Virus record (IMG/VR): IMGVR_UViG_3300025120_000022
DNA length: 64,000 nucleotides
Direction: 5' to 3' (one strand)
Source: an uncultured virus (IMG/VR IMGVR_UViG_3300025120_000022)
Taxonomy: Duplodnaviria; Heunggongvirae; Uroviricota; Caudoviricetes
The notes under the pieces are model-generated. The model saw only the letters and a program-made list of their open reading frames with translations, did not search any database and was not told where the DNA came from. Positions within the stretch are counted from its first letter, which is position 1; every line of letters starts with the position of its first letter. The position numbers and the translations under genes were made by a program. Shown in pieces: positions 46,646 to 54,622 of this stretch.

Positions 46646-47134
46646 ATGAAAGTTGGAATGATTGGTTTAGGTCGTACTGGTGAAGGTATGTCTCGCCGTA
46701 TGATTGAAAATGGAATTGAAGTTTGGGGGTACAGTAGTAGTTACGAGAGTGCCTGTGGACAATATGAAGCAGGATATATTAGTGGATGTGTGACCTCACT
46801 AGAGTATCTTGTCCAGGCAGTCAAATCTGATGGTCTTAGATATACTAGTGCAGGTAAAGTTCCTGGTATATTTCAGATCACACTCCCAGAAGTAAAAGTA
46901 GAAGACACACTCGATGAGTTGCTACCATTCCTTGAAGAGGGTGATATTATTATTGATCATAGTACTAGTGACATAACAAAATGTCAGGAACTGGAACGGT
47001 ATTGTTCTAAGTTGGGTATATCCTATATCTTCTCTGGTGTATATGGAGCACCTTATGCTATTGATGTTTGCTCCAAAATTTTCCAATCACTATCACCAGG
47101 TAATGTTAAATCGAAGGTGGCAGAACATCTCTAG
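46646..47134 (+). CDS. gnd: 6-phosphogluconate dehydrogenase-like N-terminal domain only (truncated or degenerate)
   Basis: MKVGMIGLGRTG, LEEGDIIIDHS; 162 aa, no C-terminal domain. Confidence 0.6.
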   Translation: MKVGMIGLGRTGEGMSRRMIENGIEVWGYSSSYESACGQYEAGYISGCVTSLEYLVQAVKSDGLRYTSAGKVPGIFQITLPEVKVEDTLDELLPFLEEGDIIIDHSTSDITKCQELERYCSKLGISYIFSGVYGAPYAIDVCSKIFQSLSPGNVKSKVAEHL

Positions 47135-47203
47135 GATTAAAATATTTTTTTTTTTTCATTAGGAACCCCTGACATAAGTATAACGACTCATTTATATTTT
47201 AAT

Positions 47204-47250
47204 AGATAGAGATGACTGCACCATTTTTCTGCAGTTGTCTCTATCTTTTT
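47204..47250 (+). terminator. 17-bp hairpin with T-run
   Basis: AGATAGAGATGACTGCA pairs with TGCAGTTGTCTCTATCT (two G-U pairs). Confidence 0.6.
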
Positions 47251-47388
47251 GTGCGGTAAACAAAATGTTAGCAGTAGTTAGAACTCTTATGGAGAACGAT
47301 GCGTTTCTCTTTATTTTATGCTATGCTCTAATAGTAGTTCCGGTTATAGGAATTGCAAAAATTCATAATACAGAAATACATTTAGATC

Positions 47389-47577
47389 ATGGAAAAGAAG
47401 TATAAGAATAGATTTAATTTTGCAATGTCATCATTTGCAAGAATGTATGGACCAAGAGGTATCACATTAAAGATGTATAATCTTTGTAAAACTTGGGCGA
47501 ATAATGATAGTGAACCACCAATCGGAAGTTTAACCAAGGTTGATTTTTACTTCAGAGATATTCTATACAATAATTGA
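47389..47577 (+). CDS. Hypothetical protein
   Basis: FAMSSFARMYG, LTKVDFYFRD. Confidence 0.55.
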   Translation: MEKKYKNRFNFAMSSFARMYGPRGITLKMYNLCKTWANNDSEPPIGSLTKVDFYFRDILYNN

Positions 47578-47602
47578 CATATAACATTTTAAGTAGTATA
47601 AT
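47574..47602 (+). promoter_or_regulatory. Consensus sigma70-like promoter
   Basis: TTGACA-17nt-TATAAT. Confidence 0.8.
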
Positions 47603-47607
47603 TTAAA

Positions 47608-47673
47608 GGTTGAGAGATCAACTGCGGTAATGTCCTTCAGGGTTCAGCATTAGCGGCGATAGGAACCCTGACA
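47608..47673 (+). ncRNA. Candidate structured ncRNA (GNRA hairpin plus pseudoknot)
   Basis: GTTGA-GAGA-TCAAC; TAATGT/GCATTA crossing CAGGGTTC/GAACCCTG; starts at the predicted +1. Confidence 0.6.
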
Positions 47674-47699
47674 ACTATCATACACATATATAATGTAAG

Positions 47700-47870
47700 A
47701 TGCATTTTTATTCTGTGGAACACTGGCAGGAAAACTGGGAAGAGTTGATTTCTAGGGTAGAAGACGGAGAGAGTATAGGGATTACAAACGGACGAAACCG
47801 CGCTATAATGGTTCCAGCGGATGATGAACTTATACGCATATACACCGAACAGAATAACGAAGGATCCTGA
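47700..47870 (+). CDS. Phd/YefM-like antitoxin-fold protein (not in the ORF track)
   Basis: MHFYSVEHWQENWEELISRVEDGESIGITNGRNRAIMVP. Confidence 0.55.
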   Translation: MHFYSVEHWQENWEELISRVEDGESIGITNGRNRAIMVPADDELIRIYTEQNNEGS

Positions 47871-47958
47871 GCGAGTGAGACTTGGTAGTCAGAGATGTTT
47901 TATAAACATTTTCCGCCAGATTAGCGGCTTTGAGGCGGTTCAAATCCGCCCACTCGTA
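47871..47958 (+). tRNA. Atypical tRNA-like RNA, anticodon UAU (Ile), long variable arm
   Basis: GCGAGTG/CACTCGT acceptor, GATGT-TTTATAA-ACATT, CCGC/GCGG variable stem, GGCGG-TTCAAAT-CCGCC. Confidence 0.7.
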
Positions 47959-47961
47959 TTC

Positions 47962-48034
47962 GCTTCCTTAGCAATCTGGTGAATGCAGCAAACTCATAAT
48001 TTGCCTAAGGTGAGTTCGATCCTCACAGGAAGCA
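47962..48034 (+). tRNA. tRNA(CAU), Met or lysidine-type Ile2
   Basis: GCTTCCT/AGGAAGC acceptor, GCAAA-CTCATAA-TTTGC. Confidence 0.88.
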
Positions 48035-48086
48035 CTTGACGAATTCCCGTCATTCCTCTATAATATACAGGTCAACACACGGAACA

Positions 48087-48308
48087 ATGGCACTCAACGA
48101 CAAGTTCAAGAATAAGGATCTTAGCATTCTTCGTCTAGCATCACAAGGTGAATATTTTCTTGATGTAAAGAATCCAAAACTGTTCAAAAAAGTTCGTAAA
48201 TTTTATGATAATAGTGGCGTAGTATTTTCTGGTGATCCTTTAGATGACTATGATATTCTTATTGATTGTATTTCAGCAGATCTTGAAACCGTTGAGGTTG
48301 CACAATGA
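48087..48308 (+). CDS. Conserved cyanophage hypothetical protein
   Basis: LDVKNPKLFKKVR..GVVFSGDPLDDY; TTGACG-17-TATAAT at 48036-48064. Confidence 0.65.
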   Translation: MALNDKFKNKDLSILRLASQGEYFLDVKNPKLFKKVRKFYDNSGVVFSGDPLDDYDILIDCISADLETVEVAQ

Positions 48309-48556
48309 AAAAACAGATTGTCCTTTTAGAGCGATTTCCTTATCGCTATGTTCAAGCGGGTATCCTTGAAATCAATGGTAAACCAGATTATCGTATTCAA
48401 AAAGTCGATTCGTACACTGGAAAGTACAGCGATATGTATATGTGTGATAATCAAATGCAAATTTCAACAGCAATGGAAGACCATGAATATACTGCCTGGT
48501 TAGATCCTGATGGTGTCCCTTGTTATGTTAGAGACAGTGTAAAACAATATCAATGA
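48305..48556 (+). CDS. Conserved cyanophage hypothetical protein
   Basis: LERFPYRYV, NGKPDYRIQK, WLDPDGVPCY. Confidence 0.65.
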   Translation: MKKQIVLLERFPYRYVQAGILEINGKPDYRIQKVDSYTGKYSDMYMCDNQMQISTAMEDHEYTAWLDPDGVPCYVRDSVKQYQ

Positions 48557-48564
48557 TAACACAT

Positions 48565-48599
48565 GGGGGGTTTACAAAACCCCTCTTTTTTTGTATAAT
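48565..48599 (+). promoter_or_regulatory. Terminator hairpin overlapping a sigma70-like promoter for the glycan cluster
   Basis: GGGGGG..CCCCTC-T7 containing TTTACA-17nt-TATAAT. Confidence 0.65.
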
Positions 48600-48623
48600 A
48601 GATAGGATAGTATAAAAAATATT

Positions 48624-49700
48624 ATGGCACAGTATATCAAAAAAGCACTCGTGTTGGGTGCTGGTGGATTCATTGGAAGTCATATGGTCAAGCGACTCAG
48701 AGCAGAAGGTTATTGGGTTCGTGGTGTAGACCTTAAGCGTCCAGAGTTTTCTGAAACTGAAGCAAACGAATTCGTTCATGGTAATCTCTGTGATATTAAT
48801 TTTGTTCGTCGTGTCTTAGAGTACAAGGGAGACCGAGGCAACTTTTATAATTCAGTTCCCCATCGTTACATCCAACCATTCGATGAGATTTATCAGTTTG
48901 CTGCTGATATGGGTGGAGCAGGATTTGTATTCACTGGTGAGAACGATGCAGACATTATGCACAACTCTGTTACTATCAACTTGAATGTGTTGGAGTGTCA
49001 GCGTAAGATGAATGAAGAGAAAGGAAAGAATACTACTAAAATTTTCTATTCTGGATCTGCTTGCATGTATCCAGAGCACAATCAACTAGACCCTGATAAC
49101 CCCGACTGCCGTGAAGAATCAGCATATCCAGCAAACCCAGATTCGGAATATGGGTGGGAAAAACTCTTTTCTGAGCGTTTATATTTCGCTTACAATCGCA
49201 ATTATGGTATTCCTGTTCGTGTTACCCGCTATCACAACATTTTTGGACCCGAAGGAACCTGGGAAGGTGGACGTGAAAAGTCACCAGCAGCAATCTGTCG
49301 TAAGGTAGCATACTTGCCTGAGGAAGGTGGAGAGATTGATGTCTGGGGAGATGGTAAGCAGACTCGTTCTTTCCTGTATATTGATGAGTGTATAGAAGCG
49401 TCATACCGATTGATGCAGTCTGATTTCATTGGACCAGTCAACATTGGTTCTGAAGAGATGGTTACTATTGATGAACTGGTAGATACTGCTGCAAAGGTAT
49501 CTGGTAAAACTGTAGAAAAGAATCACATTGATGGTCCTTTGGGTGTTCGTGGTCGTAACTCTAACAACGATGTCGTCCGTAGAGAACTTGGATGGGATTA
49601 TTCACAGTCTCTGGAAGAGGGTATCTTTAAGACCTATCACTGGATTGAATCACAGATTCAATTGAGACAGGTAACAAAGAATATTGGAGTAGGAGTTTGA
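48624..49700 (+). CDS. NAD-dependent epimerase, GDP-mannose 3,5-epimerase-like
   Basis: GAGGFIG, AADMGGAG, SACMYP, YGWEK, EKSPAAICRK, GVRGRNS. Confidence 0.85.
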   Translation: MAQYIKKALVLGAGGFIGSHMVKRLRAEGYWVRGVDLKRPEFSETEANEFVHGNLCDINFVRRVLEYKGDRGNFYNSVPHRYIQPFDEIYQFAADMGGAGFVFTGENDADIMHNSVTINLNVLECQRKMNEEKGKNTTKIFYSGSACMYPEHNQLDPDNPDCREESAYPANPDSEYGWEKLFSERLYFAYNRNYGIPVRVTRYHNIFGPEGTWEGGREKSPAAICRKVAYLPEEGGEIDVWGDGKQTRSFLYIDECIEASYRLMQSDFIGPVNIGSEEMVTIDELVDTAAKVSGKTVEKNHIDGPLGVRGRNSNNDVVRRELGWDYSQSLEEGIFKTYHWIESQIQLRQVTKNIGVGV

Positions 49701-49701
49701 T

Positions 49702-50271
49702 ATGAAAATTGCAATTGATAAGGAAGTAGTCAAGAGTTTAGATATTGACCATCTGAAAGCACTGTCTCTCAATGCCCATGACTGGCATGAAGCAGGTCAG
49801 TGTGAGTACAGATTATATGCACACCTTTCTACACTCTTCAAAGGAACAACTATCCTGGATGTAGGTAGTCGCACTGGTGGTTCTGCTCTTGCACTCTCAT
49901 ATAACGAAGAGAATCAAGTCATTAGTTATGACTTGGAAGAGCAGGGTGCATCTAATATCAAGAGAGATAATATCACTTGGAAGATTCAAGACTTCCGTGA
50001 AGATGATACTCTTGACTATGATAACATTTCAATTATCATGATTGATGTTGATCCTCACGATGGTGTTCAGGAAGAACAGATGTTTGAATTTTTAGAAGAG
50101 AAGGGGTGGAAAGGTTTAGTATTGCTTGACGATATTGGTCCACAGTGGACAGAAATTGAAGACTTTTGGAATCGGATCACATTCCCCAAACTAGACGTAT
50201 CAGATGTAGGACATATGAGTGGTACTGGTGCTGTAAGTTTCGACTCTAAGCATAAACTTAGCTGGAAGTAA
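49702..50271 (+). CDS. Class I SAM-dependent methyltransferase-like protein
   Basis: ILDVGSRTGGSA, IDVDPHDG, LLDDI. Confidence 0.6.
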   Translation: MKIAIDKEVVKSLDIDHLKALSLNAHDWHEAGQCEYRLYAHLSTLFKGTTILDVGSRTGGSALALSYNEENQVISYDLEEQGASNIKRDNITWKIQDFREDDTLDYDNISIIMIDVDPHDGVQEEQMFEFLEEKGWKGLVLLDDIGPQWTEIEDFWNRITFPKLDVSDVGHMSGTGAVSFDSKHKLSWK

Positions 50272-50273
50272 TT

Positions 50274-51125
50274 ATGAACATTGCTATTTTAGGATCTGCT
50301 GGACAGATTGGTGCATACTTGGAGGAGCATCTCACAGAGAAAGGACACGATGTTATTGGTGTTGATACCGTTAATGGACCACAGAATGACCTGAGAGTCA
50401 CACCAAACACTTATGTTGAAAGCATTATTAAGAATGCAGACTTTGTATTCTTCCTTGCATTTGATGTTGGTGGTTCACACTACCTGAAGAAGTATCAACA
50501 TACTTTTCAGTTCATCAATAACAACACCCGTATGATGGCAAATACGTTTGCTTTACTTGAAAAGTACAATAAGAGGTTTGTCTTTGCATCATCACAGATG
50601 AGTAACATGTCTTATTCACCCTATGGTGTGATGAAGCGTGTTGGTGAACTTCATACCACTGCACTCAAAGGACTGATTGTTAAGTTCTGGAATGTGTATG
50701 GTATTGAGAACGATATGGAGAAAGCACACGTCATCACTGACTTCATCCGTAAAGGATTTGAGGAGGGAGAGTTTGAGATGATGACTGACGGCACAGAAGA
50801 GCGTCAGTTCCTGTATGCCGAGGACTGCTGTGACGCACTGGAAACTGTAATGGAAAACTTTACAGACTTCAAACCAGAAGACCCACTTCATATTACATCA
50901 TTCCACTCTAATACTGTTAGAGAGATTGCTAATATTATCCAGGGATGTTTTGGATTGATTGAAAGGTATGATGTAAAGATCAACTCTGGACTTGCTAAGG
51001 ATAGTGTTCAGATGGATAAAAGAAATGAGGCAGACAATTATATTTTAAATTGGTGGGTTCCCAAAACTACTATTGATGTGGGTATCAGAAAAGTATTCAA
51101 CGAAATGAAGAAAAACTATGAGTAA
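50274..51125 (+). CDS. NAD-dependent epimerase/dehydratase
   Basis: GSAGQIG, YGVMK, NVYG, RQFLY. Confidence 0.8.
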   Translation: MNIAILGSAGQIGAYLEEHLTEKGHDVIGVDTVNGPQNDLRVTPNTYVESIIKNADFVFFLAFDVGGSHYLKKYQHTFQFINNNTRMMANTFALLEKYNKRFVFASSQMSNMSYSPYGVMKRVGELHTTALKGLIVKFWNVYGIENDMEKAHVITDFIRKGFEEGEFEMMTDGTEERQFLYAEDCCDALETVMENFTDFKPEDPLHITSFHSNTVREIANIIQGCFGLIERYDVKINSGLAKDSVQMDKRNEADNYILNWWVPKTTIDVGIRKVFNEMKKNYE

Positions 51126-51918
51126 GTATAAACTTAATTTATTCTGTGGTGATAATCTTGAACCATCTAGTTCTGCTCTGAATGAAACAAAATATGTTCA
51201 GTGGACCTATGATGGTTCTGGTGAAGCAAACATTTATGTGAGTCAGCAGGCACTCGGTGCTATCAATGATACTTCTGGTAAACCAACATACATCTGGTTA
51301 TTGGAGTCTAAACAAATTATTCCCCAATACTATCAATGGGTGATAGACAACTACGAGTTTGTTACATCACGAGTTGATGGTATTTTTAGTTGTGATAAAG
51401 AACTGTGTGAGAAGTATCCCAAGATTCAGTATGCTGTAACCAATGCAGCACCTTGGGTGCAGGATCGTAAGGTTCACAAGAAGAGTAAACTGGTCTCTAT
51501 GATTGCATCTAACAAGCAGATGTGTGAAGGTCACATGAGACGCTTACAGTTTGTAGAGAAGTTTAGAGATAAACTAGACCTCTATGGTCGTGGGTTCAAT
51601 GAGATTGATTGTAAGGAAGATGGACTGAGAGACTATATGTTCTCTGTTGGTATTGAGAATGCAGTTTATGATACTTACTTTACCGAAAAACTAACAGACT
51701 GTTTTGCATGTGGAACTATTCCTATCTTCTACGGTTCACGAGGTGTTACAAAATACTTTAACGAAGACGGGATTATTTTCCTGGATGATCAGTTTAACTT
51801 ATCTGACTTGACTCCTGACCTGTATTACTCTAAAATGGATGCAGTTAAGGATAACTTTGAACGTTCTATTAAATTTCCCATTGCGGAAGATTATCTTTAT
51901 CAAACCTATTTTGAGTGA
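51118..51918 (+). CDS. GT10-like glycosyltransferase
   Basis: YMFSVGIEN..YFTEKLTDCFACGTIPIFYG. Confidence 0.7.
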   Translation: MSKYKLNLFCGDNLEPSSSALNETKYVQWTYDGSGEANIYVSQQALGAINDTSGKPTYIWLLESKQIIPQYYQWVIDNYEFVTSRVDGIFSCDKELCEKYPKIQYAVTNAAPWVQDRKVHKKSKLVSMIASNKQMCEGHMRRLQFVEKFRDKLDLYGRGFNEIDCKEDGLRDYMFSVGIENAVYDTYFTEKLTDCFACGTIPIFYGSRGVTKYFNEDGIIFLDDQFNLSDLTPDLYYSKMDAVKDNFERSIKFPIAEDYLYQTYFE

Positions 51919-51921
51919 GTA

Positions 51922-52662
51922 ATGGATCGAATTGAAAACTATAGTGATCTAAATGCAAGCATCGTAACCTGGATCAAGGGTTACGCAGATAAGAACAAAA
52001 TCAAATCACTAGTTGTTGGTGTATCGGGCGGTATTGATTCTGCTGTGGTCTCTACTCTATGTGCTGAAACTGGTATGCCTACCTATGTGTTAGGAATGCC
52101 TATCCATCAGAAGGAGGATCAAGAAGATCTATCAGATGCACACCTTGATTGGTTGCCCTGGAAATATACTAATGTAACTAAACTTAAGTTTGATTTATCT
52201 AATACCTTTGATACCTTTGCATCTACTATAGATGGATATAACAATAACAAACTTGCACTTGCAAATACTAGGTCTCGTATTCGTATGATCACCCTATACC
52301 AGGTTGCTGGATCTGTTGGTGGTATTGTTGTTGGAACTGGCAATAAGGTAGAAGATTATGGTATTGGATTCTACACTAAATATGGTGATGGCGGTGTTGA
52401 CATCGCTCCGATTGCTGATCTCTATAAAACTGAAGTATGGGAACTTGGAAAGCATCTTGGCGTAGATCAACGTATAATTGATGCATCACCTACAGATGGA
52501 CTGTGGGACGATTCAAGAACCGATGAGGCGCAGATTGGTGCTTCATACGAAGATTTAGAATATGCAATGGAGCATGGCAATGGTCCTGCTGTTAGAATCT
52601 TGCATGATCTAAATGCAAAGAATAAGCACAAGATGATACCCATTCCTACATTTAAACTATGA
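51922..52662 (+). CDS. nadE: NH3-dependent NAD+ synthetase
   Basis: SGGIDS, NTRSRIRM, GTGNKVE, GFYTKYGDGGVD, DLYKTEV, PTDGLW..TDE. Confidence 0.9.
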   Translation: MDRIENYSDLNASIVTWIKGYADKNKIKSLVVGVSGGIDSAVVSTLCAETGMPTYVLGMPIHQKEDQEDLSDAHLDWLPWKYTNVTKLKFDLSNTFDTFASTIDGYNNNKLALANTRSRIRMITLYQVAGSVGGIVVGTGNKVEDYGIGFYTKYGDGGVDIAPIADLYKTEVWELGKHLGVDQRIIDASPTDGLWDDSRTDEAQIGASYEDLEYAMEHGNGPAVRILHDLNAKNKHKMIPIPTFKL

Positions 52663-53765
52663 AAATTGGTATACTGGGAGCAGGCAGACTTGGTATCTGT
52701 TTTGCTCTACTATTAGAAAAAGCAGGATACGAAGTTATTGCTTCTGATATCCGTGAAGACTATGTTGCTAGTTTACGTGCTGGGTTGATCAAAACATCAG
52801 AACCACAAGTTAGTAATCTTCTTTCCAAGTCTAAGAATATTACCTTTGTTACTGATAACGTTGATGTAATTGAAGAGTGTGATTTGATTTATACCTTCGT
52901 TGCAACTCCATCACTTCCTGATGGTAGTTATGATGTTAGTTGTATTCGTCAAATTATTAGGGATTTTAAGGACCGTAACGTAAATGGAAAGAGTTTAGTT
53001 ATTGGTTGCACTACTAACCCAGGTGATTGTGATGATTTCCAAAACCATCTAAAACCATTTGGCGTGGATGTCTATTATAACCCAGAGTTTATCGCACAGG
53101 GTTCTATCGTCAAAGACCTAGAGCATGCCGATATGATTTTAGTTGGTGGAACTGGTAAGCACATCCAAGACATTGAAAAGATCTATGATGATATTCAGAT
53201 TGATACTCCGAATGTTTATGTGATGAGTCGCAAGGCGGCAGAACTTGTTAAGTTAGCAGTCAACTGTTACCTCACCACTAAGATCTCCTATGCAAATATG
53301 ATTGGACAGGTCATGTATAAGAGTGGTATGGGTGAAGAGATTGATAATGTTCTAGATGCGATTGGTTCAGACAGTAGGGTAGGTCATAAGTATTTGGGAT
53401 TTGGTTTTGGATTCGGTGGTCCTTGTCTTCCTAGAGATAACAGAGCATTTGCTGCTTGTGCTAAAAAATTAGGACTGGAATATAATCTGGGACAAGTCAC
53501 TGACTCATTCAACGAAGAGCACAGTAAGTTCTTAATAGATTATTACGTAAATAATAATCCAATGGGACTACCGTATGCATTTGATAGTGTTGCATATAAG
53601 AGGGGAACTGATATTCTTACCGAGAGTCAGCAATATAAACTATGTCTGGGCCTGCTAGATTTAGGATATAAGGTATACGTTGTGGATAATGTTTTAGAAC
53701 ATCAATGTGATAGCAGAATTAATTGGAGTGTGCCAGAAGAAAAAGTTATTTGGATTGAATTATGA
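52659..53765 (+). CDS. UDP-glucose/GDP-mannose 6-dehydrogenase family protein
   Basis: GAGRLG, VATP, NPEF, AELVKLAVN, GFGGPCLPRD. Confidence 0.85.
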   Translation: MKIGILGAGRLGICFALLLEKAGYEVIASDIREDYVASLRAGLIKTSEPQVSNLLSKSKNITFVTDNVDVIEECDLIYTFVATPSLPDGSYDVSCIRQIIRDFKDRNVNGKSLVIGCTTNPGDCDDFQNHLKPFGVDVYYNPEFIAQGSIVKDLEHADMILVGGTGKHIQDIEKIYDDIQIDTPNVYVMSRKAAELVKLAVNCYLTTKISYANMIGQVMYKSGMGEEIDNVLDAIGSDSRVGHKYLGFGFGFGGPCLPRDNRAFAACAKKLGLEYNLGQVTDSFNEEHSKFLIDYYVNNNPMGLPYAFDSVAYKRGTDILTESQQYKLCLGLLDLGYKVYVVDNVLEHQCDSRINWSVPEEKVIWIEL

Positions 53766-54622
53766 TTGGATACAACAGATTAGGTTCTAATGGTCGTCTG
53801 GGTAATCAGATGTTCCAGTATGCAGCACTGAGAGGTATTGCTGCGAAGAATGGATATGACTTTACTATCCCACCAGAGGATTATCCACACAGAGATAATT
53901 ATGGATTGTTTGAGTCATTCAAACTTAATAATATAAAGAATAATAATATTGGATTTGTTGAAGGCAACTCAGTTCAGGAGAACGGTCATCAATTTATTGA
54001 AGAGTTTTTCACTCAACTGCCTGATAATGTAAACCTTGAAGGATACTTTCAGACTGAAAAGTATTTCTCTCATATCAAAGATGAGATTCTACAAGACTTC
54101 CAATTCAACGAAGGGTATTCTATTCCCTGTAAACAGTATATTGCGAGTCTCGATATTCCTCCTATCTTTCTTCACATCAGACAATCAGATAATATTGGTA
54201 GAGAGCAGTATCATCCTATCCTACCTATTAGTTACTTTGAACGGGCACTAGAAGAGTTTCCAGAAGACACTCCCTGCTTTGTATTCACTGATGATATTGC
54301 ATGGTGTAAGAAACAAGAGTTCTTCAAAGCAGATAGATTCTTATTCAATGAGAGTAATGAGAGATACACATATCAAACTGTTGACGGCACTGGTAACAGA
54401 CAGAATACTTTGTTACCACAGACCGACTTGTGCTTGATGTCTTTGTGTTCTGGTGCTATAATAGCCAATAGTTCTTTCTCCTGGTGGGGTGCATGGTTGC
54501 AAAATGATAGGGGAAAAGTTGTTGCGCCAAATCCTGCTAAATGGTTTGGGACTGCAATGACCCACTTGGATACTAGAGATATGGTTCCTAACCGCTGGAC
54601 AATTTTAGATTGGAGTAAATAA
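53762..54622 (+). CDS. GT11 (alpha-1,2-fucosyltransferase-like) glycosyltransferase
   Basis: GRLGNQMFQYA, GYFQTEKYF, HIR, NSSFSWWGAWL. Confidence 0.85.
   Translation: MIGYNRLGSNGRLGNQMFQYAALRGIAAKNGYDFTIPPEDYPHRDNYGLFESFKLNNIKNNNIGFVEGNSVQENGHQFIEEFFTQLPDNVNLEGYFQTEKYFSHIKDEILQDFQFNEGYSIPCKQYIASLDIPPIFLHIRQSDNIGREQYHPILPISYFERALEEFPEDTPCFVFTDDIAWCKKQEFFKADRFLFNESNERYTYQTVDGTGNRQNTLLPQTDLCLMSLCSGAIIANSSFSWWGAWLQNDRGKVVAPNPAKWFGTAMTHLDTRDMVPNRWTILDWSK

Noticed and set aside
47608..47673. HDV-like (theta) ribozyme assignment for the structured RNA near the tRNAs
   Set aside because: The GCGAU joiner is suggestive, but there is no room for P3/L3 between the crossing stems and the RNA is not at a tRNA 3' end.
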